Assembly (NCBI GenBank): GCA_964561935.1
Contig: CAZLQX010000002.1
Span: forward strand, 119,930 to 183,929
DNA: 64,000 nt
Direction: 5' to 3'
Source: an uncultured Holophagales bacterium
Lineage (GTDB): Bacteria > Acidobacteriota > Thermoanaerobaculia > UBA5066
Shown here: positions 54,620 to 63,359 of the stretch, piece after piece
Numbering within the stretch: position 1 is the stretch's first letter
Layout of the letters: every line of letters starts with the position of its first letter
Notes under the pieces: model-generated
Databases searched by the model: none
Seen by the model: the letters and a program-made list of their open reading frames with translations, nothing else
What the model was told of the DNA's origin: nothing
Made by a program: the position numbers and the translations under genes

Positions 54620-55758
54620 CCCGCCACGGCCGGGACCGCGCCGACGGAGATCCCGAGGCGTCCCGCGGCGAGGAGCTCGTCGAAGACCTCGAGGAAGCGG
54701 AGGTTCTCGACGTGCGTGCCGACGGAGACGCGGAAGGCGAGCGGGAACCCCCATCCCCCCATCGGACGGAGGATGACCCCCCGCCGCGCGAACTCGGGCT
54801 CGATCGGTCCGAACGGGACCGGAAGCTCGACGAGAAGGAAGTTTCCGAGGGACGGGTTCACCGTCGCGCCGCGCGCCTCGAGCTCGCGCCGGAGGAACGG
54901 ACGCTCCTCCCTCACGAGGGCGCACGCCCTCTCGCAGTGCGCGTCGTCGTCGAGCGCCGCGAGGGCGGCGGCCTGGGCGACGGCGGTCGTGTTGAAAGGC
55001 TCGCGGACCTTGTTCATCGCGGCCGCGACGTCCGGAGTCGTGAAGCCGTAGCCGATCCGGAAGCCGGCGAGCCCGTAGGCCTTCGAGAAGGTCCGGAGCA
55101 CGAGGACGTTGCGCCCCCTCCGCAGGTGGTCGAGGCCGTTCGGATAGTCCGCGGTCTCCCGCGCGAACTCGTGGTAAGCCTCGTCCACGACGGCGACGAC
55201 GTGCTCCGGGAGCCCCTCGAAGAAGCGGTCGAGGTCCGTCTGCGAGACGTACGCCCCGGTCGGGTTGTTCGGGTTCGCGATCGCGACGACTTTCGTGGCC
55301 GGTCCGACCCGCCGCTTGAGCGCGTCGACGTCCGGCACGTGGCCCGCTTTCGTCGGGACCTCGACGACGGTCCCGCCCGAGCGGCCGACCGCGACCGGGA
55401 ACATCCGGAAGATCCCCTGCGGGACGACGACCTCGTCCCCGGGGTCGACGAACGCGCGCATGCAGATGTCGATCAGCTCGGAGGAGCCGGAGCCGACGAC
55501 GACCTGCTCCTCCGGGATCCCGTGGCGGGCCGAGAGAGCGCGGCGCAGGAACGTCGCCGAGCCGTCCGGGTAGAGGCTCACGCCCGAGCAGGCCGCGACG
55601 GCCGCCGCGACGCCCTTCGGCGAGGGTCCGAGGGGGTTCTCGTTCGATGCGAGCTTCACCGCGCCGGTGATCCCGTACTCCCGCTCCACCTCCTCGATGG
55701 GGCGCCCGGGGACGTACGGGGCGAGCTTCGCGACGGACGGACGCGGAGACGGCTTCAT
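54616..55758 (-). CDS. hisC: Histidinol-phosphate aminotransferase
   Basis: YVPGRPIEEV, KLASNENPLG, YPD, GSGSSELI, ANPNNPTG, VVDEAYHEF, RTFSKAYGLAGFRIGY, RVSVGT. Confidence 0.92.
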   Translation of the reverse strand: MKPSPRPSVAKLAPYVPGRPIEEVEREYGITGAVKLASNENPLGPSPKGVAAAVAACSGVSLYPDGSATFLRRALSARHGIPEEQVVVGSGSSELIDICMRAFVDPGDEVVVPQGIFRMFPVAVGRSGGTVVEVPTKAGHVPDVDALKRRVGPATKVVAIANPNNPTGAYVSQTDLDRFFEGLPEHVVAVVDEAYHEFARETADYPNGLDHLRRGRNVLVLRTFSKAYGLAGFRIGYGFTTPDVAAAMNKVREPFNTTAVAQAAALAALDDDAHCERACALVREERPFLRRELEARGATVNPSLGNFLLVELPVPFGPIEPEFARRGVILRPMGGWGFPLAFRVSVGTHVENLRFLEVFDELLAAGRLGISVGAVPAVAG

Positions 55759-56558
55759 CACTCCTCCTTGCGGCGGCGCCGGGACGGCGCGCTCCTCATC
55801 TTCTTCGGCGACGGGGCGGGCTTCAGCGCCCGGAGCGCGGCGACCTCGGCCGGGGTCAGGTCGCGGAACCCGCCCGGCGGGATCCTCGCGTCGCGAATCG
55901 GCCCGATCGCGACCCTGCGGAGCTTCGAGACCCTGTGTCCGACGGACTCCATCATCCGCCGCACCTGACGGGATCGCCCTTCACCGAGGACGACGCGCAG
56001 CCAGGCGTTTCCCCCGACGCCGTCCCTCTCGGGCGTCGTCTCCATCAGCTCCACGGTCGCGGGGGCCGTCCGCACGCCGTCGAGGAGGACGCCGCGCGAG
56101 AGCTTCGCGATCTTCGCCGGCGTCGGGACGCCCGAGACCTTGACCTCGTACTCCTTCTGGCAGCCTCCCGAAGGGTGCGCGATCCGGTGCGCGAGCGCCC
56201 CGTCGTTCGTCAGGAGAAGGAGACCCTCCGAGTCGAAGTCGAGGCGCCCGACGGGGACGACGGGCTCGGAGACGCGCGTGCCGAGGAGAACGTAGACGGT
56301 GGGTCGGCGCTGCGGGTCCTCCCGGGTCACGACGACTCCGCGCGGCTTGTTCATCAGGATGTAGCGCGGGGCCGCCGCGACGCGGATACGCCTCCCGTCG
56401 ACCTTGACGTGGTCCACCGCCGGGTCGACCTTCGTCCCGAGCTCGGTGACGACCCGCCCGTTCACTGTCACGCGACCCTCGAGGATCATCTCCTCGGCTG
56501 CGCGGCGGGAGGCCACGCCGGCCGCCGCAAGGACCTTCTGCAGCCGTTCACTCGTCAT
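55758..56558 (-). CDS. rluB: 23S rRNA pseudouridine synthase (RluB family)
   Basis: ERLQKVLAAAGVASRRAAEE, NKPRG, PVGRLDFDSEGLLLLTNDG, EGRSRQVRRM, LRRVAIGP. Confidence 0.9.
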   Translation of the reverse strand: MTSERLQKVLAAAGVASRRAAEEMILEGRVTVNGRVVTELGTKVDPAVDHVKVDGRRIRVAAAPRYILMNKPRGVVVTREDPQRRPTVYVLLGTRVSEPVVPVGRLDFDSEGLLLLTNDGALAHRIAHPSGGCQKEYEVKVSGVPTPAKIAKLSRGVLLDGVRTAPATVELMETTPERDGVGGNAWLRVVLGEGRSRQVRRMMESVGHRVSKLRRVAIGPIRDARIPPGGFRDLTPAEVAALRALKPAPSPKKMRSAPSRRRRKEE

Positions 56559-57456
56559 GACGCTCCTCCGCGGCCGCCGGCCCGGCGACCTCGCCGTTCT
56601 CCTCCGACCGGGGCCCTGCGGGCGCTTCGTCCGCCGTCCCCGCCTCCCCGGCGCCCGCATCAGGTTCCGCCGCGGGCGCCTCGGCCGCTCCCTCGGAGAC
56701 CGGGGCCTCGGTCACCGGGCCTTCGACCTCCTCGACCTCTCCCGTCGCCTCGTCGACGTGGAAGAGCTCCGTCTGCGCGGGGTCGCTCTTCGGCGCCTCG
56801 AGGCCGTAGATCGCCTCGAGCTCCTCGGGCTTCGGCAGGTCTCCGAGCGCCTTGAGGCCGAAGTGGACGAGGAACTCCTTCGTCGTCTTGTAGAGGAAGG
56901 GGGTCCCGACGACCTCCTTGCGCCCCGCCGTCGTGATGAGCTTGCGGTCGAGGAGGGTCCGGATCGAGGACGAGGAGTTCACGCTCCGCAGCTCGGCGAT
57001 CTCGGGCGCCGTGACCGGCTGCCGATACGCCACGATCGCGAGGGTCTCGAGCGCCGCCATCGAGAGCTTCGTCTTCCCGTCCAGCCCGAGCAGCCGGCGG
57101 ACCGGGTAATCGTACTCGGGCCGCGTCACGAGGCGCACGCCCCCGGCGACCCGGTCGACGCGCACGCCGCGGCCGGCCGCGGCGCACGCCGCCTCCAGCG
57201 CGTCGACGGCCCGGCTCACCGCCTCTTCCGGCAGCTCCGCCGCCTCGGCGAGCTTGTCGAGGGGAACGGGCTTCGACGAGGCGAAGAGGAGCGCCTCGAC
57301 GAGCGGCAGCGCCTCCTCGAGGGGTCCGCCGGCCGCCTCGGTCCCCGGCCCTGCGACCTCGGGCTCCTCCGCTCCGGCGCTCGCGGCGGCCTCGGCCGCT
57401 TCCGCGGGGACGTCGGCCGGGACCTCCGGGTTCGTGTCGTCTCGCTCTTCCGTCAT
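56548..57456 (-). CDS. scpB: SMC-Scp complex subunit ScpB
   Basis: VEALLFAS, VAGGVRLVTRPE, LSMAALETLAIVAYRQPVTAPEIAELRSVNS, GTPFLYKTTKEFLVHFGL..L.DLP. Confidence 0.95.
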   Translation of the reverse strand: MTEERDDTNPEVPADVPAEAAEAAASAGAEEPEVAGPGTEAAGGPLEEALPLVEALLFASSKPVPLDKLAEAAELPEEAVSRAVDALEAACAAAGRGVRVDRVAGGVRLVTRPEYDYPVRRLLGLDGKTKLSMAALETLAIVAYRQPVTAPEIAELRSVNSSSSIRTLLDRKLITTAGRKEVVGTPFLYKTTKEFLVHFGLKALGDLPKPEELEAIYGLEAPKSDPAQTELFHVDEATGEVEEVEGPVTEAPVSEGAAEAPAAEPDAGAGEAGTADEAPAGPRSEENGEVAGPAAAEERHDE

Positions 57457-57460
57457 CGTC

Positions 57461-58267
57461 TCAGCGGTATTCCTCTTCGTAGCCTTCGAGCACGACCGTC
57501 TCGCCCGTCGGCTCCAGGTAGATCTCCCCGAACTCCTCGGCCTGGAGCGCCCGGACCAGGAGGAGGCGCAGGAGCTCGAGGACGGCGAGGAAGACGGCGA
57601 TCGCCTCCGCGCGTCCCGAGAGGCCCCGGAAGACCTCGGAGAGCGCGACGCGCCCGGTCTCCCGGACCCGTCCCGCCATCTCCTCCATCTTCTCCCGGAT
57701 GGAGAATCTCTGCGCCACGATCGCCATCGCCGGCGGGTTCAGCGCGCGATAGCGGTCCATCGCGGTCTTGAAGTGGGTCAGGAGGTCGAAGAGCGAGACG
57801 TCGGAGAGGTCCGTCTCCTCCTCCTCGGCCTCGGCCTCCGGCCGGTACGACGGGCGCGGGTAGAGCCCGACGCGCTCGACCTCGTAGACGTGGAGCGTCT
57901 CGGCGACCCCCTTGAACTTCCGGTACTGGAGGAGCCGCGCGACGAGCTCCTCGCGCGGGTCCGGCGCGTCCGCCCCGTCGACGGACGGAGCCCGCGGCAG
58001 CACCATCTGGCTCTTGATCTGCACGAGGAGCGCCTCGACGTAGAGGAACTCCGCCGCGACCTCGAGGTCGAGCTCCTGCATGAGCACGAGGTATTCGTGG
58101 TACTGCCGACAGATGTCGACGACCGGGATGTTCCGGAGGTCGATCTCGTCCTTGCGGATGAGGTGGAGCAGCAGGTCGAGGGGCCCCTCGAACTGCGGGA
58201 GATGCACCGGGTAGGGCTGGACGAGCTCCGCGCCCGGGGGGATCGGGATACGGATTCCTTCGGCCAC
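57461..58267 (-). CDS. scpA: Segregation/condensation protein ScpA
   Basis: FEGPLDLLLHLIRKDEID, QIKSQMVLP, DPREELVARLLQYRKFK, FLAVLELLR, QAEEFGEIYL. Confidence 0.95.
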   Translation of the reverse strand: MAEGIRIPIPPGAELVQPYPVHLPQFEGPLDLLLHLIRKDEIDLRNIPVVDICRQYHEYLVLMQELDLEVAAEFLYVEALLVQIKSQMVLPRAPSVDGADAPDPREELVARLLQYRKFKGVAETLHVYEVERVGLYPRPSYRPEAEAEEEETDLSDVSLFDLLTHFKTAMDRYRALNPPAMAIVAQRFSIREKMEEMAGRVRETGRVALSEVFRGLSGRAEAIAVFLAVLELLRLLLVRALQAEEFGEIYLEPTGETVVLEGYEEEYR

Positions 58268-58336
58268 GTCTCCCTCAGGCGGAGACCGCCGCGGGCGGCC
58301 TCCGGCTCTCCCGGCGGGCGAGGCGTCCGACCGTCA

Positions 58337-59332
58337 TCAGAGGAGCTTCATCGCGTCGGAGACGCCCTGCATCGTCTCGGTCGCGAGAGCGCGCGCCTTC
58401 GCGCCTCCCGCCTCGAGCACCTCGCGGACGAACCCCGGCCTCGCCGTGATCTCGGCCCGTTTCGCACGAACCGGCTCGAGGGCGGCGTTCATGTTCCGGA
58501 TCAGGTGCTTCTTGCAGTCGACGCAGCCGCGGGAGGCCGTCCGGCACTCCCGGTCGACGGCATCGACCTCCTCCTTCGGGGAGTAGAGCCTGTGGAACGG
58601 GAAGAGGTTGCACGTGTCGGGGTCGCCCGGGTCCGAGCGGCGCGCCCGCTTCGGGTCGGTCACCATCGACATGACCTTCTTCGAGACGTCCTCGGCCGAG
58701 TCCGAGAGCGCGATCGTGTTCCCGTAGCTCTTCGACATCTTCCGGCCGTCGAGCCCCGGGACCTTCGGCGTCTCGGTGAAGAGCGCCTGCGGCTCCGGGA
58801 AGACCTCGCCGTACATCCCGTTGAAGCGCCGGACGATCTCGCGGCAGATCTCGAGGTGGCTCTCCTGGTCCTTCCCCACCGGCACGTAGTGCCCGCGGTA
58901 GAGCGCGATGTCGGCGGTCATCAGGACCGGGTACCCGAGGAACCCGTAGGTCCCGAGGTCCTTTTCGCGGAGCTCCTGGAGCTGCTCCTTGTACGTCGGA
59001 ACGCGCTCGAGCCAGCCGAGCGGCGTGATCATGCCGAAGACGAGGGCGAGCTCGGCCGTCTGAGGCACCTGCGACTGGACGAAGACGACCGCCTTCTCCG
59101 GGTCGAGCCCGACCGAAAGCCAGTCCGTGACCGCCTCGAGCGTCGCCTCGCGGATCGCCGACGTGTCCGCGTAGTCCGTCGTCAGGGCGTGGAGGTCCGC
59201 CACGAAGTAGCGGCACTCGTACCGGTCCTGCAGGTCGACCCAGTTCTTCACCGCGCCCCAGTAGTTGCCGAGGTGGACGCGTCCCGTCGGGCGCAGGCCC
59301 GAGAGGACGATCTTCTTCGCCGGTTCGCTCAA
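58337..59332 (-). CDS. trpS: Tryptophan--tRNA ligase
   Basis: LSGLRPTGRVHLGNYWG, VADLHALT, YPVLMTADI, VPVGKDQ, GLDGRKMSKSYGN; TTG start overlaps the upstream stop. Confidence 0.96.
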   Translation of the reverse strand: MSEPAKKIVLSGLRPTGRVHLGNYWGAVKNWVDLQDRYECRYFVADLHALTTDYADTSAIREATLEAVTDWLSVGLDPEKAVVFVQSQVPQTAELALVFGMITPLGWLERVPTYKEQLQELREKDLGTYGFLGYPVLMTADIALYRGHYVPVGKDQESHLEICREIVRRFNGMYGEVFPEPQALFTETPKVPGLDGRKMSKSYGNTIALSDSAEDVSKKVMSMVTDPKRARRSDPGDPDTCNLFPFHRLYSPKEEVDAVDRECRTASRGCVDCKKHLIRNMNAALEPVRAKRAEITARPGFVREVLEAGGAKARALATETMQGVSDAMKLL

Positions 59333-60003
59333 GAGGGACCTCCGAGAAGGAGCTGGTAGACGAATCGCAGAGGCGGCCTCAGGAGGTACGAGAGACCCCC
59401 GGTGAAGATCGCCACGACGAGGAGGATGAACCCGTAGCGCCGCACCCACACGACCCCGCGGATCCAGCGGGCGGGGGCGAAGCTCTCGACGACGCCGAAG
59501 CCGTCGAGCGGCGGGATCGGGACGAGGTTGAAGATGCCGAGCGCGACGTTGACCGCGACCGAGTAGAAGGCGACGAGGAGGAGGGGGTAGAAGAGGGACG
59601 ACCGAAGGTCCGGACCGCCGGGCGCCGCGACCCGGAGGACGAAGAACGCCGCGGCGGCCGCGATCGCCACGACGAAGTTCGAGAGCGGCCCCGCCGCCGA
59701 GACGAGGAGGTTCGCCCTCCTCGGGTTCCGCACCCCGCGGAGCGACACGGGGACCGGCTTCGCCCAGCCGAAGACCGGAGCCCCTGTGAACGCGAGGAGC
59801 GCGGGGACGAGGAGGCTCCCGAACGGGTCGACGTGCTTGAGGGGGTTCAGCGTGATCCGTCCGAGGTCGCGGGCCGTCGTGTCGCCGCAGCGGAGCGCCA
59901 CCCAGCCGTGCGCGGACTCGTGCACGGAGACCGCGAACAGGAGGGCGGCCACCTGGATGACGATCTCGAGGACCTTTTCGGGAGAGACAGGAGCGTCGGG
60001 CAC
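59329..60003 (-). CDS. Site-2 protease family (M50) intramembrane metalloprotease
   Basis: VHESAHG (HExxH), TLNPLKHVDPFG, FGWAKPVP, SAAGPLSN, FNLVPIPPLDG (NxxPxxxLDG). Confidence 0.93.
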   Translation of the reverse strand: MPDAPVSPEKVLEIVIQVAALLFAVSVHESAHGWVALRCGDTTARDLGRITLNPLKHVDPFGSLLVPALLAFTGAPVFGWAKPVPVSLRGVRNPRRANLLVSAAGPLSNFVVAIAAAAAFFVLRVAAPGGPDLRSSLFYPLLLVAFYSVAVNVALGIFNLVPIPPLDGFGVVESFAPARWIRGVVWVRRYGFILLVVAIFTGGLSYLLRPPLRFVYQLLLGGPS

Positions 60004-60042
60004 GGCAGGGTCGTCCGAAGGCGCCCGATGCTACGTGCCGCC

Positions 60043-60423
60043 TCAGGAGGCGTCAAACGGCCGGCCCGCGGCGCGCCGCTCCGCGGCGAGCCCCTCCTCC
60101 ACCGTCGGGTAGTGACCGAACCGGCCCGCGGCGACGCTCTGCGCGAGGAACGGGTTCTGCTCGCCGACGCCCGAGAGCGCGAGGCTCCCGCCCGCCGCGA
60201 CGAAACGCCCCTGCTCGCGCATCAGGACGGCGACGATCGTCGTCGGCAGGGCCGTGCAGCCGGACAGGTCGACGACGCAGCGGAGGGCGCCGTTCTCGCG
60301 GGCGACGCGGAGGTACTCCGTGATCGTGGACGCTTCGGTGAGCGTCACGTCCCCACGGACCCTCAGGGCCGCGACCGCGCCGTCGGTATCGAGGGAGAGC
60401 TCCACGCCCGGAGGATGCCACAC
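60043..60423 (-). CDS. STAS-domain (anti-sigma-factor antagonist-like) protein
   Basis: 3' end of ORF 60043..62247: LRVRGDVTLTEA..L...VVDLSGCTAL..IVAVL....GGSLALSG..F.HYPTVEEGL matches STAS architecture; start GTG 60423 or 60405. Confidence 0.65.
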   Translation of the reverse strand: MWHPPGVELSLDTDGAVAALRVRGDVTLTEASTITEYLRVARENGALRCVVDLSGCTALPTTIVAVLMREQGRFVAAGGSLALSGVGEQNPFLAQSVAAGRFGHYPTVEEGLAAERRAAGRPFDAS

Positions 60424-60470
60424 GGGAGACCGAACGGGTCCCGGCCTCCCGCGGGCCCCGGCGGGAGCAC

Positions 60471-62573
60471 CTAGGCCGGAGTTCTGCGGAGGAGAAGCGG
60501 CTCCTCGAAGGGCGCGGCGATCCCGGCGTCCGCGAGGCGAGAGAGAGTCTCGCGGGCCCGCTCGAGGAGATCGCGGTCCGAGAACGGGTCGGCGAAGCGG
60601 AATGCGGGGAGCCCGCTCTGCCTCGTCCCGAGCGCCTCTCCCGGGCCCCGCATCCGCAGGTCCTCCTCGGCGACGGCGAACCCGTCGTCCGTCCGAGCGA
60701 GGACCTCGAGCCGCGAGCGGGCCGCGGGGGAAACCCCGGCTCCCGCGACGAGGACGCACGTCGAGGCGCGCGACCCGCGGCCGATCCGGCCCCGGAGCTG
60801 GTGGAGCTGCGCGAGACCGAACCGCTCCGCGTCCTCCACGAGGAGGAACGAGGCCTCGGGAACGTCGATCCCGACCTCGACGACCGTCGTCGCGACGAGG
60901 ACCTCGAGCGTTCCGTCCGCGAACTGGCGCATCGCGGCCTCGCGCGCCTCGGGCCGCATCTTTCCGTGGACCGCTCCGACTCGCCGTCCCGGCAGCCGCC
61001 TCGCGACCTCCTCGGTCCAGGAGACGACGGACCTCGCGTCGATCGTCTCCGACTCCTCGACGAGCGGCACGACGACGAACGCCCGGCCCCCCGTGGCGAC
61101 CTCCCGCGCCAGGTCGGAGTACGCCGCGTCGCGGTCCCGCTCGGCGACGACGCGCGTCGCGACCGGAGTCCTTCCCGGCGGCTTCTCCGCGATGGTCGAG
61201 ACGTCGAGGTCGCCGTGCAGGGCGAGGGCGAGCGACCTCGGGATCGGCGTCGCCGAGAGGACGAGGACGTGCGGGTGCTCCCCGCGCGCGGCGCCGCGGG
61301 CCGGGAGGGCGGCCCGCTGGGCGACGCCGAAGCGGTGCTGCTCGTCGACGACGACGAGGGCGAGGCGCCGGAACGCGACGGGCCTCTCGAGGAGCGCGTG
61401 CGTCCCGACGAGGAGGTCCACCTCTCCCTCCGCGAGGGCCGCGAGGAGCGCCGCCCGCGGCCGGCCGGTCACCCGTCCGGTCAGGAGGGCCGGGCGCGCT
61501 CCGGTTTCGGCGAGGAGGCGGGCCGCAGTTTCCGCGTGCTGCTCCGCGAGGAGCGTCGTCGGCGCCAGGAGAGCCGACTGGTATCCCCTTCCGGCGGCGA
61601 GGAGGGCCGTCAGGAGGGCGACGATCGTCTTCCCGCTTCCGACGTCTCCCTGGAGGAGGCGCGCCATCGGCCGTCCCGAACGGAGGTCCGCTCCGATCTC
61701 CCGGATCGCCTGCTTCTGGGAGAGGGTGAGCGGGAACGGGAGGACGGACGCGAGCTTCCTGCGGAGTACGGCGTCCGCTTCGATTCGGGGCGCGGGGCGC
61801 GCCGCCCGCTCCCGTCGCCTTCGGCCGAGCGCCGCCTGGAACTCCACGAGCTCCTCGAAGGCGAGGCGCCGCAGGTGGGGGGAGGTCCGCGTCTCCCAGG
61901 GCGCCACGTCGGCGGCACCTCCGGCGCTCCCCGGGAAATGGGCTTCCCGCAGGGACTCGACGAGCGGCGGCAGCTCGAGCGCCCCCACGACGTCCGCGGG
62001 GAGCCGCTCCGGGAGGAGCGGCGCAGCCTCGCGGAGGGCGCGCGCCACGAGGCGACGGCGGAGGCGCGGCGGGAGCCCGTGGAGGCTGCGGTAGATCGGG
62101 ACGACGCGGCCGACGGAGAGGGCGAGGTCCTCTTCCTCCTCCGGCGCCGCTTCGACGTGCGGCGACTCGAGGACGAGCCGCCGCTTCTCGACCGCGCGGC
62201 CGTGCGCAAAGAGGCGTGCCCCCGGGACGATCCACCTCGCGAGCCACGGCTGGGAGTAGAAGACGAGGCCCACCGAGCCGCTCTCGTCCTCGAGCGTCGC
62301 CTCGAAGATCGAGAAGCCGCGCCGGCGCGTCCTCACGAGGCGCGCGCCCGCGACGGTCCCCGCGACCGTCGCGGGCGGGCCGCCCGCGACGAGCTCCGCC
62401 GCTCGCGCGAACCGGCCCCGGTCCTCGAGACGGAGCGGGAGCTCGAGGAGGAGGTCGAGGACCGTCGCAAGGCCCGCCTCGCCGAGGGCGCGCGCCCTTG
62501 CCGGCCCGATCCCCGTCAGTCCGGCGAGAGGCGTCCCGGGGAGGAGCTCCCGACCGCGCGCGCCGCGCGCCAC
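60471..62573 (-). CDS. recG: ATP-dependent DNA helicase RecG
   Basis: RRLAFEEL, LPFPLTLSQ, MARLLQGDVGSGKT, LVVVDEQHRFGVAQR, LSATPIPRSL, HGKM, VATTVVEVGIDVP, AERFGLAQLHQLRGRIGRG, DLRMRGPGE..GTRQSG. Confidence 0.96.
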   Translation of the reverse strand: MARGARGRELLPGTPLAGLTGIGPARARALGEAGLATVLDLLLELPLRLEDRGRFARAAELVAGGPPATVAGTVAGARLVRTRRRGFSIFEATLEDESGSVGLVFYSQPWLARWIVPGARLFAHGRAVEKRRLVLESPHVEAAPEEEEDLALSVGRVVPIYRSLHGLPPRLRRRLVARALREAAPLLPERLPADVVGALELPPLVESLREAHFPGSAGGAADVAPWETRTSPHLRRLAFEELVEFQAALGRRRRERAARPAPRIEADAVLRRKLASVLPFPLTLSQKQAIREIGADLRSGRPMARLLQGDVGSGKTIVALLTALLAAGRGYQSALLAPTTLLAEQHAETAARLLAETGARPALLTGRVTGRPRAALLAALAEGEVDLLVGTHALLERPVAFRRLALVVVDEQHRFGVAQRAALPARGAARGEHPHVLVLSATPIPRSLALALHGDLDVSTIAEKPPGRTPVATRVVAERDRDAAYSDLAREVATGGRAFVVVPLVEESETIDARSVVSWTEEVARRLPGRRVGAVHGKMRPEAREAAMRQFADGTLEVLVATTVVEVGIDVPEASFLLVEDAERFGLAQLHQLRGRIGRGSRASTCVLVAGAGVSPAARSRLEVLARTDDGFAVAEEDLRMRGPGEALGTRQSGLPAFRFADPFSDRDLLERARETLSRLADAGIAAPFEEPLLLRRTPA

Positions 62574-62576
62574 GGC

Positions 62577-63359
62577 TCAGCTCTGAGTGACGCGGAAGGT
62601 CAGGTCGACGAGGCCGAACCGCAGGCGGTCGCCGTCGCGGAGAGGCGTCGGAGCGCCCGTCGCGAGACGCTTGCCGTTCACGAACGTGCCGTTCATCGTC
62701 CCGATCTCCTCGACGACCTGGAATCCGTCCTCCTCGCGCACGATCTTGGCGTGCCTGCGGGAGACGGAGCGCTGGCCGTCGAGGTGCGTCAGGTCGACGT
62801 CCGGCCGGATGCCGGTGACCGGGTCGATCCGGCCGACGAGCGTCTCCGCGTCGCGGTTCAGGTAGAACTCGTCGGCGCCGCCGTCGGCGACGAGGCGGTA
62901 GATCTCGTCCCGCGCCCCGACGCGCTCGAAGAAGTCGGAGGTCTCGTCGAGCGCCGGCGCCACGCCCGTCGACTGCTCGAGCAGCGCCGTCGTCTCGCGC
63001 AGCCGGCGCGAGAGCTTCCGGAGCATCCGGACGGCGATCTCGCCGTTGTTCCGGAGCATCTCGTCGAACGTCGACTGGTTGATCCTCACGAGCTCGACGT
63101 CGGTCCGCGCGAGCGCGTCCGCCGTCCTCGGCACGTCCTCCAGGATCGACATCTCGCCGAAGAAGTCCCCCTTCTCGAGGACGGAGAGGGTCTTCAGCTC
63201 GTCCTTCACCCTCTTCACGATCGCGACGGAGCCGGACTGGATGACGTACATCTCGGTCCCGACGTCCCCCTCGGAGAAGACGGTCGCCCCGGCGGAGAGG
63301 CGGACGATGTAGTCCTCGAAGGTCGCGGCACCGCCGCCCGACTTCAGCACGACTTTCAC
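62577..63359 (-). CDS. Cyclic-nucleotide-binding domain + FHA domain protein
   Basis: cNMP: VFSEGDVGTEMYVIQSG...GDFFGEMSILEDVPRTADA. FHA: LVGRID, VSRRHAKI, TMNGTFVNG, DGDRLRFG. GTG overlaps ldcA stop. Confidence 0.88.
   Translation of the reverse strand: MKVVLKSGGGAATFEDYIVRLSAGATVFSEGDVGTEMYVIQSGSVAIVKRVKDELKTLSVLEKGDFFGEMSILEDVPRTADALARTDVELVRINQSTFDEMLRNNGEIAVRMLRKLSRRLRETTALLEQSTGVAPALDETSDFFERVGARDEIYRLVADGGADEFYLNRDAETLVGRIDPVTGIRPDVDLTHLDGQRSVSRRHAKIVREEDGFQVVEEIGTMNGTFVNGKRLATGAPTPLRDGDRLRFGLVDLTFRVTQS

Noticed and set aside
1501-58216. KOPS (GGGNAGGG) polarity as support for dif
   Set aside because: A non-exhaustive hand scan gave mostly dif-pointing copies on the left (1501, 6658, 10259, 11885, 18735, 18740; opposite at 8194) but a mixed set on the right (toward dif 29146, 30452, 30720, 41825, 50666; away 26400, 39101, 47490, 58209). 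Inconclusive; needs a genome-wide count.
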